From contig CAYSWL010000006.1 in NCBI GenBank assembly GCA_964434745.1, positions 6,700 through 46,699 of the forward strand: a stretch of DNA of 40,000 bases. Reading direction: 5' to 3'. A model generated the notes under the pieces. That model ran no database searches. It was not told the origin of the DNA and was given only the letters and a program-made list of their open reading frames with translations. The DNA is from an uncultured Candidatus Bathyarchaeia archaeon. GTDB taxonomy: Archaea > Thermoproteota > Bathyarchaeia > Bathyarchaeales > Bathycorpusculaceae. Each line of letters begins with the position of its first letter. The stretch's first letter is position 1. A program made the translations under genes and the position numbers. This document shows, piece by piece, positions 20,531 through 32,177 of this stretch.

Positions 20531-20862
20531 TAGAAATCACTTATACATAAATTTAATACAGTATTGTAATCAGCCAGTTTGAATGTAGAACCTTTAAAAG
20601 ATATAATGAAACCTGAAGGTTCTTGAAGGAAAAATTCGGTCCACAAAAGTGCTCACACAATTATTAAGTCACGATTTGTCCTAATATCTTTTAGCTATAA
20701 TATTTTTGCACAAAAAATGTCTGTGTACTACAGCAGATAAGGTTATATTAGAAGTATAATTAATAATTAGCAATATTCTAGGTTGTTAACTGCCTGGTGC
20801 AACTAAGTTTTATCAATAGCAGGCATATTTGAATTAGTTAGATTAATTTTGAAGGCTTTCTT

Positions 20863-22689
20863 ATGTGGATAGGAGCTAAATATCAAGATAAAAATTGTGA
20901 ATTTACTGTCTGGGCACCTTATGCTTCAAGGGTAGATTTAGTTCTTAGGAAGAATAATGAAGCAAATAATATGGAAAGGACAAAAGAAGGGTACTGGAAA
21001 ATACTTCTTGAGAAGGCAAATCAGGGGCTGGAGTATATGTTTCAGTTAGATAAACAAACACTTTTGCCGGACCCAGCGTCAAATTTTCAGCCAAGAGGAG
21101 TCTTTGAACCGTCTGCAGTTATAGATCACGATTCTTTCAAATGGCAAGATAACGACTGGAAAGGAATAAGTCTTAAAGATATGATTTTTTATGAATTACA
21201 TATAGGAACTTTTACACCTGAAGGTACGTTTAATGCAGCTGAAAAAAGAATTTGTGAACTTGTAGATTTGGGAATAAATGCTTTAGAATTAATGCCTGTT
21301 ACTCAGTTTTCAGGTAGTCGCAATTGGGGTTATGATCCAGCATTTATTTATGCTGTCCAGAACACTTATGGTTTGCCTGATGATTTGAAGCATTTTGTGA
21401 ATGAATGCCACAGACAAAACATCGCTGTATTTTCAGATATAGTATACAATCATGCTGGCCCAGAGGGTAATTTTTTAAATTTATTTGGACCATATTTTCT
21501 TAAGAAACAGGCAACACACTGGGGACCAATGGTTAATTTTGATGGTCACCTTAATGGCCCAGTGAGAGATTATTTTTTTCAAAACGCATTGTTCTGGCTA
21601 GAAAAATACCATTTTGATGGTCTTAGGCTTGATGCTGTTCTTTCTATGATAGATTCTAGTCCTGTACATTTTTTACAACAGTTAACTGAAGCTGTACATA
21701 ATTGTTCAGAGAAGCTCAAACGTAAGATGCTGTTAATCGCTGAGAGTGGGTATAATCAGCCTAAAGTTCTTTTACCCAGAACGAAAGGTGGCTTTGAATT
21801 TGATGCTCAGTGGTTGGATGATTTCCAACATGCATTATTTGCTTTATTGACTGGTGAACAAGAAGGTTACTATGGAAATTATGGTAAAATTAGTGACCTT
21901 ATGGAGATTTTAGTTCAATCATATTTACATGTAGGTGGTGGAGGATTTGATAAATCTTTTAGACGAAGAAGGCCTGATGAAGATTTTCTTTGGATTACCT
22001 CTGATCGACTAATAGCGTTTGCTCAAAATCATGATCAAATCGGTAATCGACTGCTTAGCGATCGCTTAACTACTATTGCAGGATTTGAAGCTGCCAAAGT
22101 AGCTGCTGGAATTACTTTGCTTTCACCTTATACACCGTTACTTTTTATGGGAGAAGAGTACGCTGAGACTGTACCGTTTAATTTTTTTGTTGATTATACT
22201 AGTAAAGAGCTCTCTAAGGCTACCCGTGAAGGAAGAGTAAAAGAGTTTGGTGAGTTTCACTGGAAAGGGGAAAATCCTGACCCTGCAGATTTAGAGACAT
22301 TTGAGTCATCGAAACTTTGCTGGGACAAAAGATATTGCGCAGTAGGTAAAAAAATTCTATTATATTATAAGATGTTGATACAGCTAAGGAAACATATGGC
22401 AGCGCCGTGTTATGCTGATAGAAAAAACATGAGACTATATGGAAACGAGTTGGAAAAAATTGTGTTTATACACAGATGTGATAGAAACTATACTAATATC
22501 TTAGTTGCTAACCTAAATCCAAAGGAGTCTAGCTGTATATTTCCTATTGGTGAATATAATTATGTCAAAATTTTAGATTCATCTGACGTTTTATGGAATG
22601 GTCCTGGTGAAGTTTTACCTTGTGAAGTTAAGAAAGGAGATAAATTGAAAATAAACGGCTTTAATTTGGCTGTTTTTGAATCTAATTAA
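20863..22689 (+). CDS. treZ: malto-oligosyltrehalose trehalohydrolase (GH13)
   Basis: 608 aa with an N-terminal FTVWAP module and GH13 catalytic blocks DIVYNHAG, GLRLDAV, LIAESG and FAQNHDQIGNR. Confidence 0.78.
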   Translation: MWIGAKYQDKNCEFTVWAPYASRVDLVLRKNNEANNMERTKEGYWKILLEKANQGLEYMFQLDKQTLLPDPASNFQPRGVFEPSAVIDHDSFKWQDNDWKGISLKDMIFYELHIGTFTPEGTFNAAEKRICELVDLGINALELMPVTQFSGSRNWGYDPAFIYAVQNTYGLPDDLKHFVNECHRQNIAVFSDIVYNHAGPEGNFLNLFGPYFLKKQATHWGPMVNFDGHLNGPVRDYFFQNALFWLEKYHFDGLRLDAVLSMIDSSPVHFLQQLTEAVHNCSEKLKRKMLLIAESGYNQPKVLLPRTKGGFEFDAQWLDDFQHALFALLTGEQEGYYGNYGKISDLMEILVQSYLHVGGGGFDKSFRRRRPDEDFLWITSDRLIAFAQNHDQIGNRLLSDRLTTIAGFEAAKVAAGITLLSPYTPLLFMGEEYAETVPFNFFVDYTSKELSKATREGRVKEFGEFHWKGENPDPADLETFESSKLCWDKRYCAVGKKILLYYKMLIQLRKHMAAPCYADRKNMRLYGNELEKIVFIHRCDRNYTNILVANLNPKESSCIFPIGEYNYVKILDSSDVLWNGPGEVLPCEVKKGDKLKINGFNLAVFESN

Positions 22690-22736
22690 TTAATGTTAAA
22701 GAATAAAATGTGATACTCTGCTAGGCAGAGTAATTT

Positions 22737-24411
<1,675 letters not shown>

Positions 24412-24751
24412 CTAAAACTTGGAAAAAGCAAAACTATACACGATGCTATATTGATGCTTGTGTGAAAGTTTTATGCAATACATTTTGTTTAAACTGTTTT
24501 ATTATAAAACTTGGTGCTAAAGAAGCGTTATCTTTTAAATCGTAAACTACTAAATAGAGAAAAGTCTATTTCTACTCGAAGTAAATACTTTTAAAATATA
24601 AGTTGAGCTGTAAATTACCAGCTAGAAAGCTTTACTATAAACTTAACAGTATTCAGAATAACACTTTTTTATTGCAAAAATGTTTTGTTAAAGTTGATAA
24701 TTATTTTTCTGTGCTTTAAAGCGTGTTTCTGGGTATTCTTTTTACAAAATT

Positions 24752-24798
24752 ATAGATACGTATGTATTTTTCAGATAAGTCGTAAAGCACTCTTGAGT
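24752..24798 (+). repeat. copy 1 of a ~45-nt direct repeat in the tpiA-prs intergenic region
   Basis: ATAGATAC..TTTTTCAGATAAGTcgtAAAGCACTcTTGAGT aligns by eye with 24923..24964. Confidence 0.6.
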
Positions 24799-24922
24799 AT
24801 GTTATTAATTGATATTTTCAGATTTTCTTGTTAGCTTATTTTGGTTCATCTAATAAACCAAGATGACGAATAAATAACCAAGTTACATACTTATTTTACT
24901 ATTCTATCTTCAACTTAAAAAG

Positions 24923-24964
24923 ATAGATACTTTTCCCAGATAAGTTAAAAAGCACTTTTGAAGT
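24923..24964 (+). repeat. copy 2 of a ~45-nt direct repeat in the tpiA-prs intergenic region
   Basis: ATAGATAC-TTTTCCCAGATAAGTtaaAAAGCACTtTTGAAGT aligns by eye with 24752..24798. Confidence 0.6.
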
Positions 24965-25009
24965 TAGGTAGAATAAAACTGTATCAGCTATGATGAGGGA
25001 ATTATTAGG

Positions 25010-25882
25010 ATGAAAATTGTTGTTGGTCCTGCTTCACAGGAGCTTGGCGAGAGAATTTCACAGTTAACTGGTTATGAGAAAGTTAATGTTGCGTCAAGGA
25101 TTTTTCCTGACGGAGAATCATATGTACGCTTAGAGGGTAATGTTGAAGGTGAACAGGTTTTTATAGTACAGACAACTTGTGCGCCACAAGATACGCGAAT
25201 TATGCAGTTATCGTTTTTAGCGGCTGCAGCTAAACGTAATAAAGCTCAAAAAGTCACCGCTGTAGTTCCATACCTCGCTTATGCCCGACAGGATAAAATC
25301 TTTTTACAGGGCGAGAATATTAGCATTGAAACTGTAGCTAAAATACTTGGAGCTTCAGGAATTGATCAGCTAATTACTGTAAATATTCATGAATCTAATG
25401 CACTTAAGATGTTTCCTTTTCAAGCGAAAACCATCTCGGCAATTCCACTTCTTGCTCAATATTTTGTTGACAAAGGCATAAAAAATGCGTTTGCTCTTGC
25501 TCCTGATAAAGGCGCAATGTATATCGCAGATCAAGCTAAGCAAGTGCTAGGCGGAGAAAGCGGACACATGGAAAAGGTTCGAGACAGATATACTGGTCAG
25601 ACTACTCAGACTGCAGCGCATCTTGAAGTGAAAGATAAGTCAGTAATTATCTTTGACGATATCATCAGTACAGGAGGAACAATTGTTGGTGCTGCAAAAA
25701 TTCTTAAAGAACAAGGAGCCGCCCATGTCTATACGGCATGTGTACACGGACTGTTAATTGGCGATGCTGAAAAACGTATCTTAGATGCGGGAGTTGAAGA
25801 AATTGTTGCTACAGACAGCATTCCAAGTAAAAACAGCAAAGTCTCACTAGCACCGCTCATTAGTCAAGAAATCAAGGCGTAA
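25010..25882 (+). CDS. prs: ribose-phosphate pyrophosphokinase
   Basis: 290 aa with the N-terminal FPDGE pattern and the PRPP-binding loop VIIFDDIISTGGT. Confidence 0.88.
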   Translation: MKIVVGPASQELGERISQLTGYEKVNVASRIFPDGESYVRLEGNVEGEQVFIVQTTCAPQDTRIMQLSFLAAAAKRNKAQKVTAVVPYLAYARQDKIFLQGENISIETVAKILGASGIDQLITVNIHESNALKMFPFQAKTISAIPLLAQYFVDKGIKNAFALAPDKGAMYIADQAKQVLGGESGHMEKVRDRYTGQTTQTAAHLEVKDKSVIIFDDIISTGGTIVGAAKILKEQGAAHVYTACVHGLLIGDAEKRILDAGVEEIVATDSIPSKNSKVSLAPLISQEIKA

Positions 25883-25887
25883 ATCTA

Positions 25888-26928
25888 GTGGCTAAACTCT
25901 TTTTTTTAATTAGTGGCGAATTCGAAAGCCTATCATTTTCTGAACTTAAGGCTATTTTTGAAGCTGAAAATTATTCTTATGAAATCACAGAAAAACTTGA
26001 TCAGATAGTACGGCTACAAGCAGACCCTGGAAGTGTTAAACAAATTCTACGAAGAAGTGCGTATACGCGTGTATGTGCGCAAGAACTGTTTTGTTGTGAT
26101 GCAAATGACCAATCAATAGTTGATGCTGCGAACAGCACAGGCTTTCAACATATCTTAGAGAAAGGAGTATCTTTTGAGGTTCGCATACGTCGAATTAAAG
26201 AGTACAATAGTAAAGAGGATACTATGCGGCTAGAACGTCAACTTGGTACACTTATCTTACAAAATGCGCCGCATGCAAAAGTGAATTTGAGTAGACCAGA
26301 CTTATCTTTTTTTGGTGTTCTTACTAATAGTAAGCTCGTATTTGGTATAAAGCTTGGTGAAATTATACCTAAACCGTTTGTTGAACGTCGAGCGCGAAAA
26401 AAGCCCTACTTTCATCCATCAGCTATGAATGCAAAGTTGGCGCGTTGTATGATTAACTTGGCTCATGCTCAAACAGACACAGTCATACTAGATCCGTTTG
26501 TAGGAACAGGAAGCACTATTATTGAGGCAACACTTATCGGTTGTAGAGCAATTGGCATAGATATCATCCATAAAATGGCTAATGGTGCATTGAAAAATAT
26601 TCGTCACTTTGGCTTAAACCCATATGGAGTTGTTTTAGCAGATGCAAGAATCCTGCCATTGACGAAAATTGACTGTTTGGTAACTGATCCTCCCTATGGT
26701 AAAAGTGCAACCACTATGAAGAGTGGTACTAAAGCAATTATCGAAGGCGTCTTAGCTTCGGCTTATCCGCTTTTAGGCAGGGGACAACGAATTTGTATGG
26801 CAGCACCTAAAACATTAGATATTCGAAAAATAGGCGAACAATATGGGTATAAACATTTAGAGTCACATTTTGCCTATGTCCATCGTACATTGACGCGGGA
26901 AATCGCCGTCTTCGAAAAACTGGAGTAA
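25888..26928 (+). CDS. THUMP-domain tRNA (guanine-N2) methyltransferase, Trm11/TrmG10 family
   Basis: 346 aa with a GTG start. A THUMP-like N-terminal half is followed by class I MTase motifs DPFVGTGS and DPPYG. Confidence 0.72.
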   Translation: MAKLFFLISGEFESLSFSELKAIFEAENYSYEITEKLDQIVRLQADPGSVKQILRRSAYTRVCAQELFCCDANDQSIVDAANSTGFQHILEKGVSFEVRIRRIKEYNSKEDTMRLERQLGTLILQNAPHAKVNLSRPDLSFFGVLTNSKLVFGIKLGEIIPKPFVERRARKKPYFHPSAMNAKLARCMINLAHAQTDTVILDPFVGTGSTIIEATLIGCRAIGIDIIHKMANGALKNIRHFGLNPYGVVLADARILPLTKIDCLVTDPPYGKSATTMKSGTKAIIEGVLASAYPLLGRGQRICMAAPKTLDIRKIGEQYGYKHLESHFAYVHRTLTREIAVFEKLE

Positions 26929-26935
26929 AATATAG

Positions 26936-27856
26936 ATGAGCATACGTTTAATATTTCTAGGTACAGGTGCGGCCGTGCCTACTATTGAACGCAGTTTACC
27001 AGCAGTAATTTTTAGCAGAGGTAAAGAGCAAATAATGTTTGACTGTGGGGAAGGTGTTCAACGCCAAATTATGAAAGCCAAAACAGGTCTACATAAACCG
27101 CTAAAAATTCTTATAACACATATGCACGGTGATCATGTGCTTGGTCTGCCAGGACTGCTTCAGACAATGGCACTTATGGATCGTAGAAAACCAGTTGACA
27201 TCTATGGACCGGAAGGGATAGCACAATTTATAACGTGCCTACGAGAAACACTTCAATTCAATCTAACGTATCAAGTTAACGTCCATGAAATCATTAATTC
27301 AGGGTTAATCTGCAATGAACTAGAATATGTAATTGAAGCTCAACACAATAATCATGCTGTTAATGGTTTTTGTTACGCCGTTGTTGAAAAGCCACGTCCG
27401 GGAAGGTTTAATCCATCTAGAGCCCGTGAACTTGGAATCCCGGAAGGATTAATATGGAGTAAACTTCAACAGGGACATGAATATACATTACCTAGCGGCC
27501 AAATTGTGAAACCTTCAGATGTTTCAGGACCAGTTAGAAAAGGCAGAAAAATTGTCTATACAGGAGATACTAAACCCTTTGATGAATTCGCTCAGTTTGC
27601 TGCCAACGCAGACATTATTATCCATGAAGCTACTTTTGATGATGAACTTTTTGAGAAAGCATCTCTTGACGGACATTCAACGCCTAGCCAAGCAGCTATG
27701 CAAGCAAAAGCGGCTAATGCTAAGCAGCTCTTGCTCACACACATTAGTGCACGATATACTGATACCTCATTGCTCTTACTTCAAGCTAAAAAAATTTTTC
27801 CCAATACAATCGTAGCAACAGATTTTTTTGAGATTGAACTACCTTTAAGCAAATAA
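26936..27856 (+). CDS. rnz: ribonuclease Z (tRNA 3' endonuclease)
   Basis: 306 aa with FLGTGAAVPT, the THMHGDHVLGLPGLL histidine motif and a C-terminal THISARY block. Confidence 0.88.
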   Translation: MSIRLIFLGTGAAVPTIERSLPAVIFSRGKEQIMFDCGEGVQRQIMKAKTGLHKPLKILITHMHGDHVLGLPGLLQTMALMDRRKPVDIYGPEGIAQFITCLRETLQFNLTYQVNVHEIINSGLICNELEYVIEAQHNNHAVNGFCYAVVEKPRPGRFNPSRARELGIPEGLIWSKLQQGHEYTLPSGQIVKPSDVSGPVRKGRKIVYTGDTKPFDEFAQFAANADIIIHEATFDDELFEKASLDGHSTPSQAAMQAKAANAKQLLLTHISARYTDTSLLLLQAKKIFPNTIVATDFFEIELPLSK

Positions 27857-28636
27857 CCGATTTAATATTTCTATACTCTCAGTTATATGGTCACTAGATT
27901 CTATTACTAATTTACCGTCATAACCAATTTTTTTGAGTGTCTCGGCAAACTTAGAATAGTTAATATTACCATGACCTATTCCGAAATGATTGTCGACTTC
28001 ACCAAAATTATCACTAACGTGAATATGAACTATTTTTTGAGGAACCTTTTCTAGAAACATTTCTGTCAGATTTTCTAAATGTGCATGTGCTATGTCAAAC
28101 ACTATTCCAATATCCAAGCCTGATTCGGAATAGAAACGCAGAAATTCTTCAGGGGTACTCATCAAAAACCAGTATTTCCCAGGAAGGTTTTCGACTGCAA
28201 CATTTAGACCATGTGAATTGGCAATTTCGGTAAGTTGTTTTATGCTTTCAATATTTTGTTTCCAGTCAGCATTAGGGTAGAAGCTGCCGATGCCGGTTTT
28301 CATTCCTGGATGCAATACCCAAGTTCTTGCTTCAAGATCTGATGAGTAGTTAATTGACTGGGTTAAACGTTTCATTGAAGCTTTAAGCATTATTTCTGTA
28401 GGTGATGCAATATTTATATCAGCAAAAGGCGCATGCACTGTATATTCTAAGTCGTATAATTTGCCTATCTCACGAAGTTTTGCTACACGCTTCTTATCTA
28501 GTATGTGCCAACCATCATCTACGATTTCAATATATTTCGTTCCTATGTTGGATAAACGCTTGACCATTTCTGTAAATGGTTCGCCAAGACAGTGAAGCAT
28601 TGATAAGCTAACTTTAGGAGCAGACATAGTATTCAA
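27845..28636 (-). CDS. sugar phosphate isomerase/epimerase (xylose-isomerase-like TIM barrel)
   Basis: 263 aa with HAPF, VLHPG, ENL and HIHVSDN blocks typical of the AP-endonuclease-2/xylose-isomerase-like fold. Confidence 0.7.
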   Translation of the reverse strand: MNTMSAPKVSLSMLHCLGEPFTEMVKRLSNIGTKYIEIVDDGWHILDKKRVAKLREIGKLYDLEYTVHAPFADINIASPTEIMLKASMKRLTQSINYSSDLEARTWVLHPGMKTGIGSFYPNADWKQNIESIKQLTEIANSHGLNVAVENLPGKYWFLMSTPEEFLRFYSESGLDIGIVFDIAHAHLENLTEMFLEKVPQKIVHIHVSDNFGEVDNHFGIGHGNINYSKFAETLKKIGYDGKLVIESSDHITESIEILNRLFA

Positions 28637-28947
28637 TCCTGATTAATGAAACCTGTATAAATCATTCAGCGAGATTTATATTTTAAATCGTTCAGGTTAG
28701 TGTTTGCACATGTTTTTTTGGCATATTCTATAAATCTTCAAGCACAAACTGCAAGTATTGATTTTATTTAAATCCAATATGTGCAGAATACTTAACGTTG
28801 ATTGTTTACTTCTGATTAAGTCTTTATAGGAGTCTCTTAGTTCAATTGAAATTTATCCACTATTACAGTTGGAATTAATAAAAAGATTTTTTATGTGAAA
28901 ATTAGAAAAAGAGATTATCTTGTTTTTGGATGGTGAATTTATTTATC

Positions 28948-29276
28948 CATTAATTTTTTTATCATTTGCTCCTCTGCAGGTTGGGAATAAGCCTGTTTTC
29001 CATGGCAAAGTGACTATTTAAGCCTTAATTTGGGGCTATTTTTGTGGGGAAAGCTGTTTTTGGGCAGATTTTAAACAGTTTGTAACGTGAGCCCGCATGG
29101 CCGATAACGCCATTGCATGTATCAAACTTAAGCCTATGGGCATATGCACCCGGGCATACCGCCGAAGTGTTTTTGGCATGCATCCAAACATGCACACATA
29201 CACATAACAAGAAAGTACACTAAAACGTGCAAAATCCATGGAAAAAAGCCAAAAAATGCACCTATGCAACCCAAAA
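28948..29276. repeat. left terminal inverted repeat of the casposon
   Basis: 28948..29260 is the reverse complement of 37981..38293 with a single mismatch (28978 A versus G) by manual alignment. About 16 further bases match with decay. Confidence 0.9.
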
Positions 29277-29464
29277 AAGACCCTAAATGTGCCCAATTAC
29301 ATCTAACCAAATGAGATAGCCACTATATCCATATCTTAGGTGTAAGGCTTTGGCAGGGTTATAGGATATGCACAGTATTGATAAATATCTAACTGAAGGT
29401 TCAAATTTGGCTACCCTCATCAAGGTAACTTCAAGTCAAAATCAAAAAAAGAAAAAGAGGCGTG

Positions 29465-30550
29465 TTATTTTTTCCGCTTCTGCACTGCCATTATGCATAC
29501 GGAAGCGGCTACTATGATTGCTGCTGCTAACGCGATTATCAATGCATTTGTTGGGGTGCTTGCGTTATTTGCTGGTTGTGGCGAACCTATCGGCGCTGCT
29601 GCATTAGATGGAGTGCCATAGTGTGATGCCCAGTTGACTCCTGCAACTTCTCCCGTATCAGCCCATATGGCAACTTGAAGTTCAGTGATTCCTGCTGGAG
29701 ATTCTTTATCAAGCCCAAGAGATATGCCCCAAGCAGGATATAATGCATTGTTTCTTGGCTGCATCGTCAGTTCAGTGAGTATTGCATTTTCAGCTTTAGC
29801 CAAAATAAAGCCTGATATTGTTGCATTATTGTAGGTGATGGAATAGTTTTGTGCAGCGTTTTTGGCAATCTCTATAGCTTTTGTTTGGTCTATGTTAACA
29901 TCGAAGCTGCCTATCGGTTGGCGGTCCCAGAAGTCAGTAAACTTTACAAGACGGCCGTTGCTAAAGTCTAAAGCAACTGCATTGTATGTATTGTTTATGC
30001 CCTCAGGTGCTCTTGCCCAAGTAATTGATTGTCTGCTTTCCGTATCACTATTAGTTACTTCTAGTCGTGCTTCGCCAATTTGTGCTTTAGCAGATTCAGA
30101 TATGCCGCGAGTATTGATCGTGTCTCTCATGCTTTGCAGATATGAAGCATTTGAATAGCTCGTATACCTGTCAAGGGCATTTATTGCTTGGTCTTTAGTA
30201 GCTACATCGTTTTGTGTATATGCTGGTGGATTAGCTGATAATGAAAGTATTGAACAGGACCGTATGATATTGTCTTTAACTAGGCAAACTACTGAAACTG
30301 CGTCATCAGTGGAATTTAAGATGTAATTCTCAAGTTTATAGTCAGCTACCGCCCCAGTACTTTTCAATGTTATGCTATAGCGCGCTGTGTCTATTCCCAT
30401 CACATCTTTTAGGAAAGCCACAGCATTAGCGCTGCCATCAGTAACGTTTTGTAGCTCTGAGTGCACAGTGGGCACCTGCACAGCAGCAATAGATATAGCT
30501 AGCACAGCAAGGGCAATTATTGCAAAGTTTTTTACATTAAATTTGCTCAT
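29465..30550 (-). CDS. membrane-anchored surface protein with PepSY-like repeats (casposon cargo)
   Basis: Start taken at the ATG at 30550, preceded by AGGAG. It has a signal peptide MSKFNVKNFAIIALAVLAISIAAVQ. Its last module (DQTKAIEIAKNAAQNY...LQVAIWADTGEVAGV) fits the PepSY pattern, and a C-terminal TM helix ends in KRKK. Confidence 0.6.
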   Translation of the reverse strand: MSKFNVKNFAIIALAVLAISIAAVQVPTVHSELQNVTDGSANAVAFLKDVMGIDTARYSITLKSTGAVADYKLENYILNSTDDAVSVVCLVKDNIIRSCSILSLSANPPAYTQNDVATKDQAINALDRYTSYSNASYLQSMRDTINTRGISESAKAQIGEARLEVTNSDTESRQSITWARAPEGINNTYNAVALDFSNGRLVKFTDFWDRQPIGSFDVNIDQTKAIEIAKNAAQNYSITYNNATISGFILAKAENAILTELTMQPRNNALYPAWGISLGLDKESPAGITELQVAIWADTGEVAGVNWASHYGTPSNAAAPIGSPQPANNASTPTNALIIALAAAIIVAASVCIMAVQKRKK

Positions 30551-30563
30551 ATACAAGTCTCCT

Positions 30564-32177
30564 TTAAACATGTGGCAGATATACGGTCCCATCTCCATAA
30601 ACTCGTATTTTACTAGTTATCCAACTTGGGGGTTGTCCGTCGGCACCGTTCCACCATACTGTGTTTCCGTTGTCGCCGTTGTAGCTTGGGAAGGTATTGA
30701 AGCTAGAGTATCCTGATGCTTGTGATGCGGCGTCAATAGCTTGGTTTATGGTAAGCCCAACTGTTACAGCGTAGTGATAGAAGAACACTAGCCAGTGTTT
30801 GTATAGTTGGTTTGTGTTAGAAGGCGAGATGTATTGGCAAAGCATTGGAGAGGCACTGTTAAACGAAATAAAGCAATAACCGCTCCAATCATTGCCAGTG
30901 TATGCATTTGTGTTTGTAATTGCGCCATGTGTCCAGCAGTAAGGCATACCGTAAGGTGGATATGGAGAATTTGGTCCGCCTAGTGCTTCTCCGTTGCGAC
31001 ATACCCATAAGAAAACAAAGTGATGCCTGCGATTAACTATGTTGTCGTAAACGTCCTCATCCCATACCTTACCTACATCTCCTACTGGCGTACCAGCACC
31101 GTTTTCAGCAAATCCGTAGTGAGTGACGCCCTCTCTGGTCTCCCAACCGTTATGCCCTATGTAGAGAAATGTTGACTCAGGATAATCTGTGTCATCTTCA
31201 TAAATTCCACCGAGCATGTTTCCAACGGTTGAGTATGATCGACCAGCCTGCAGGTAGTTTTCTAAGCGGCCATACTCGAGTGTATTTGAAAACATTGAAA
31301 ATATGTCATCAGCAGCATCTATAACAGCCAGATTCGCAGTGCTAGTCGCAGGATTGCCAGATGCATACACTTCAATATCGTCAACGCAAACTGAATTGGA
31401 CCCTGCATCAGTTTGGTAGGCTATTCCGAATCCTGCAACGAGTGTATTTTGTGTCATGGTGCGAGTTTGCGTAGCTACAGGCGAACCGTCAATCAACAAC
31501 TGTGCCTGATTAGTTGTCAAGTCGCGTATTAGCTCAACTTCATACCAGTCGTCTTTGCTTGGAATTGAAGTGCTCTGAACCAAGTTTAAGCTGCCACCTA
31601 CAAAGGTCTCTAGTGTCCATCTATACGTGCCAGAGACTTTAGTTATTGATGCAACAACTTGGTTTTCCCATGAATTGCCCTGCAGATACATTATTTCGAG
31701 ACGTGATGAACTGTAAGGAATGTTAAGGTCCGTGAAATATACATGCGCAATGGCTCTAGCTTCTGCACTTGTAGGAAGATACTGATATATCTTATTTGAT
31801 GCTCCAGCAGTCGATGCTGTTGCTCTAGCGCTATAATATTCACTGGTATAATAATCATCTTCAAGGAAAGGTCCATCTACGCACCATTTATCTAGATTAT
31901 CTATTTCATCATAAATCACTTTATCGAGGGGTTCTTGATCGTTACCTGCATCTGAAGCATGTATTAAGCTAGCATAGCCCCAGCCGTTATTCCATCCGTA
32001 TGGGGTTATTGCTGCATTTGCTATTGGCAGTGATGGCAATGAAACTACCAAAGACATCGAAATCAAAAGCATACTAAACATAATTACATATTTTTTCTTT
32101 TTCTCTCTCCATTTTGCTAATTTGTTCTCTTTAAATCCATCAATTAGGACTAGGCGGTGACACGCCCTCCAAAGCAA
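30564..32177 (-). CDS. secreted protein with LamG/concanavalin-like domain and C-terminal gingipain (C25)-like putative cysteine peptidase domain (casposon cargo)
   Basis: It has a K-rich n-region, a hydrophobic core and an ANA-A cleavage-like site. The central region (YEVELIRD...LLIDGSPV...VCVDDIEVY) looks like a LamG jelly roll. The C-terminal YIGHNGWE...HHFVFLWVCRNGEA...VYGDGTVYLP resembles the His/Cys dyad context and terminal GDP block of clan CD C25 peptidases. The start is uncertain (TTG at 32177 or ATG at 32081). Confidence 0.55.
   Translation of the reverse strand: MLWRACHRLVLIDGFKENKLAKWREKKKKYVIMFSMLLISMSLVVSLPSLPIANAAITPYGWNNGWGYASLIHASDAGNDQEPLDKVIYDEIDNLDKWCVDGPFLEDDYYTSEYYSARATASTAGASNKIYQYLPTSAEARAIAHVYFTDLNIPYSSSRLEIMYLQGNSWENQVVASITKVSGTYRWTLETFVGGSLNLVQSTSIPSKDDWYEVELIRDLTTNQAQLLIDGSPVATQTRTMTQNTLVAGFGIAYQTDAGSNSVCVDDIEVYASGNPATSTANLAVIDAADDIFSMFSNTLEYGRLENYLQAGRSYSTVGNMLGGIYEDDTDYPESTFLYIGHNGWETREGVTHYGFAENGAGTPVGDVGKVWDEDVYDNIVNRRHHFVFLWVCRNGEALGGPNSPYPPYGMPYCWTHGAITNTNAYTGNDWSGYCFISFNSASPMLCQYISPSNTNQLYKHWLVFFYHYAVTVGLTINQAIDAASQASGYSSFNTFPSYNGDNGNTVWWNGADGQPPSWITSKIRVYGDGTVYLPHV

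Noticed and set aside
29025-29296. ORFs of 61 and 86 aa inside the left TIR, mirrored by 61-, 77-, 80- and 60-aa ORFs at 37865..38216 in the right TIR.
   Set aside because: They are identical only because the DNA is an inverted repeat. The predicted peptides are Cys/Met/His-rich low-complexity strings (CYVYVCMFGCM) produced by the CATGCA/ACACATA sub-repeats, several overlap each other in different frames, and none has a plausible start context.
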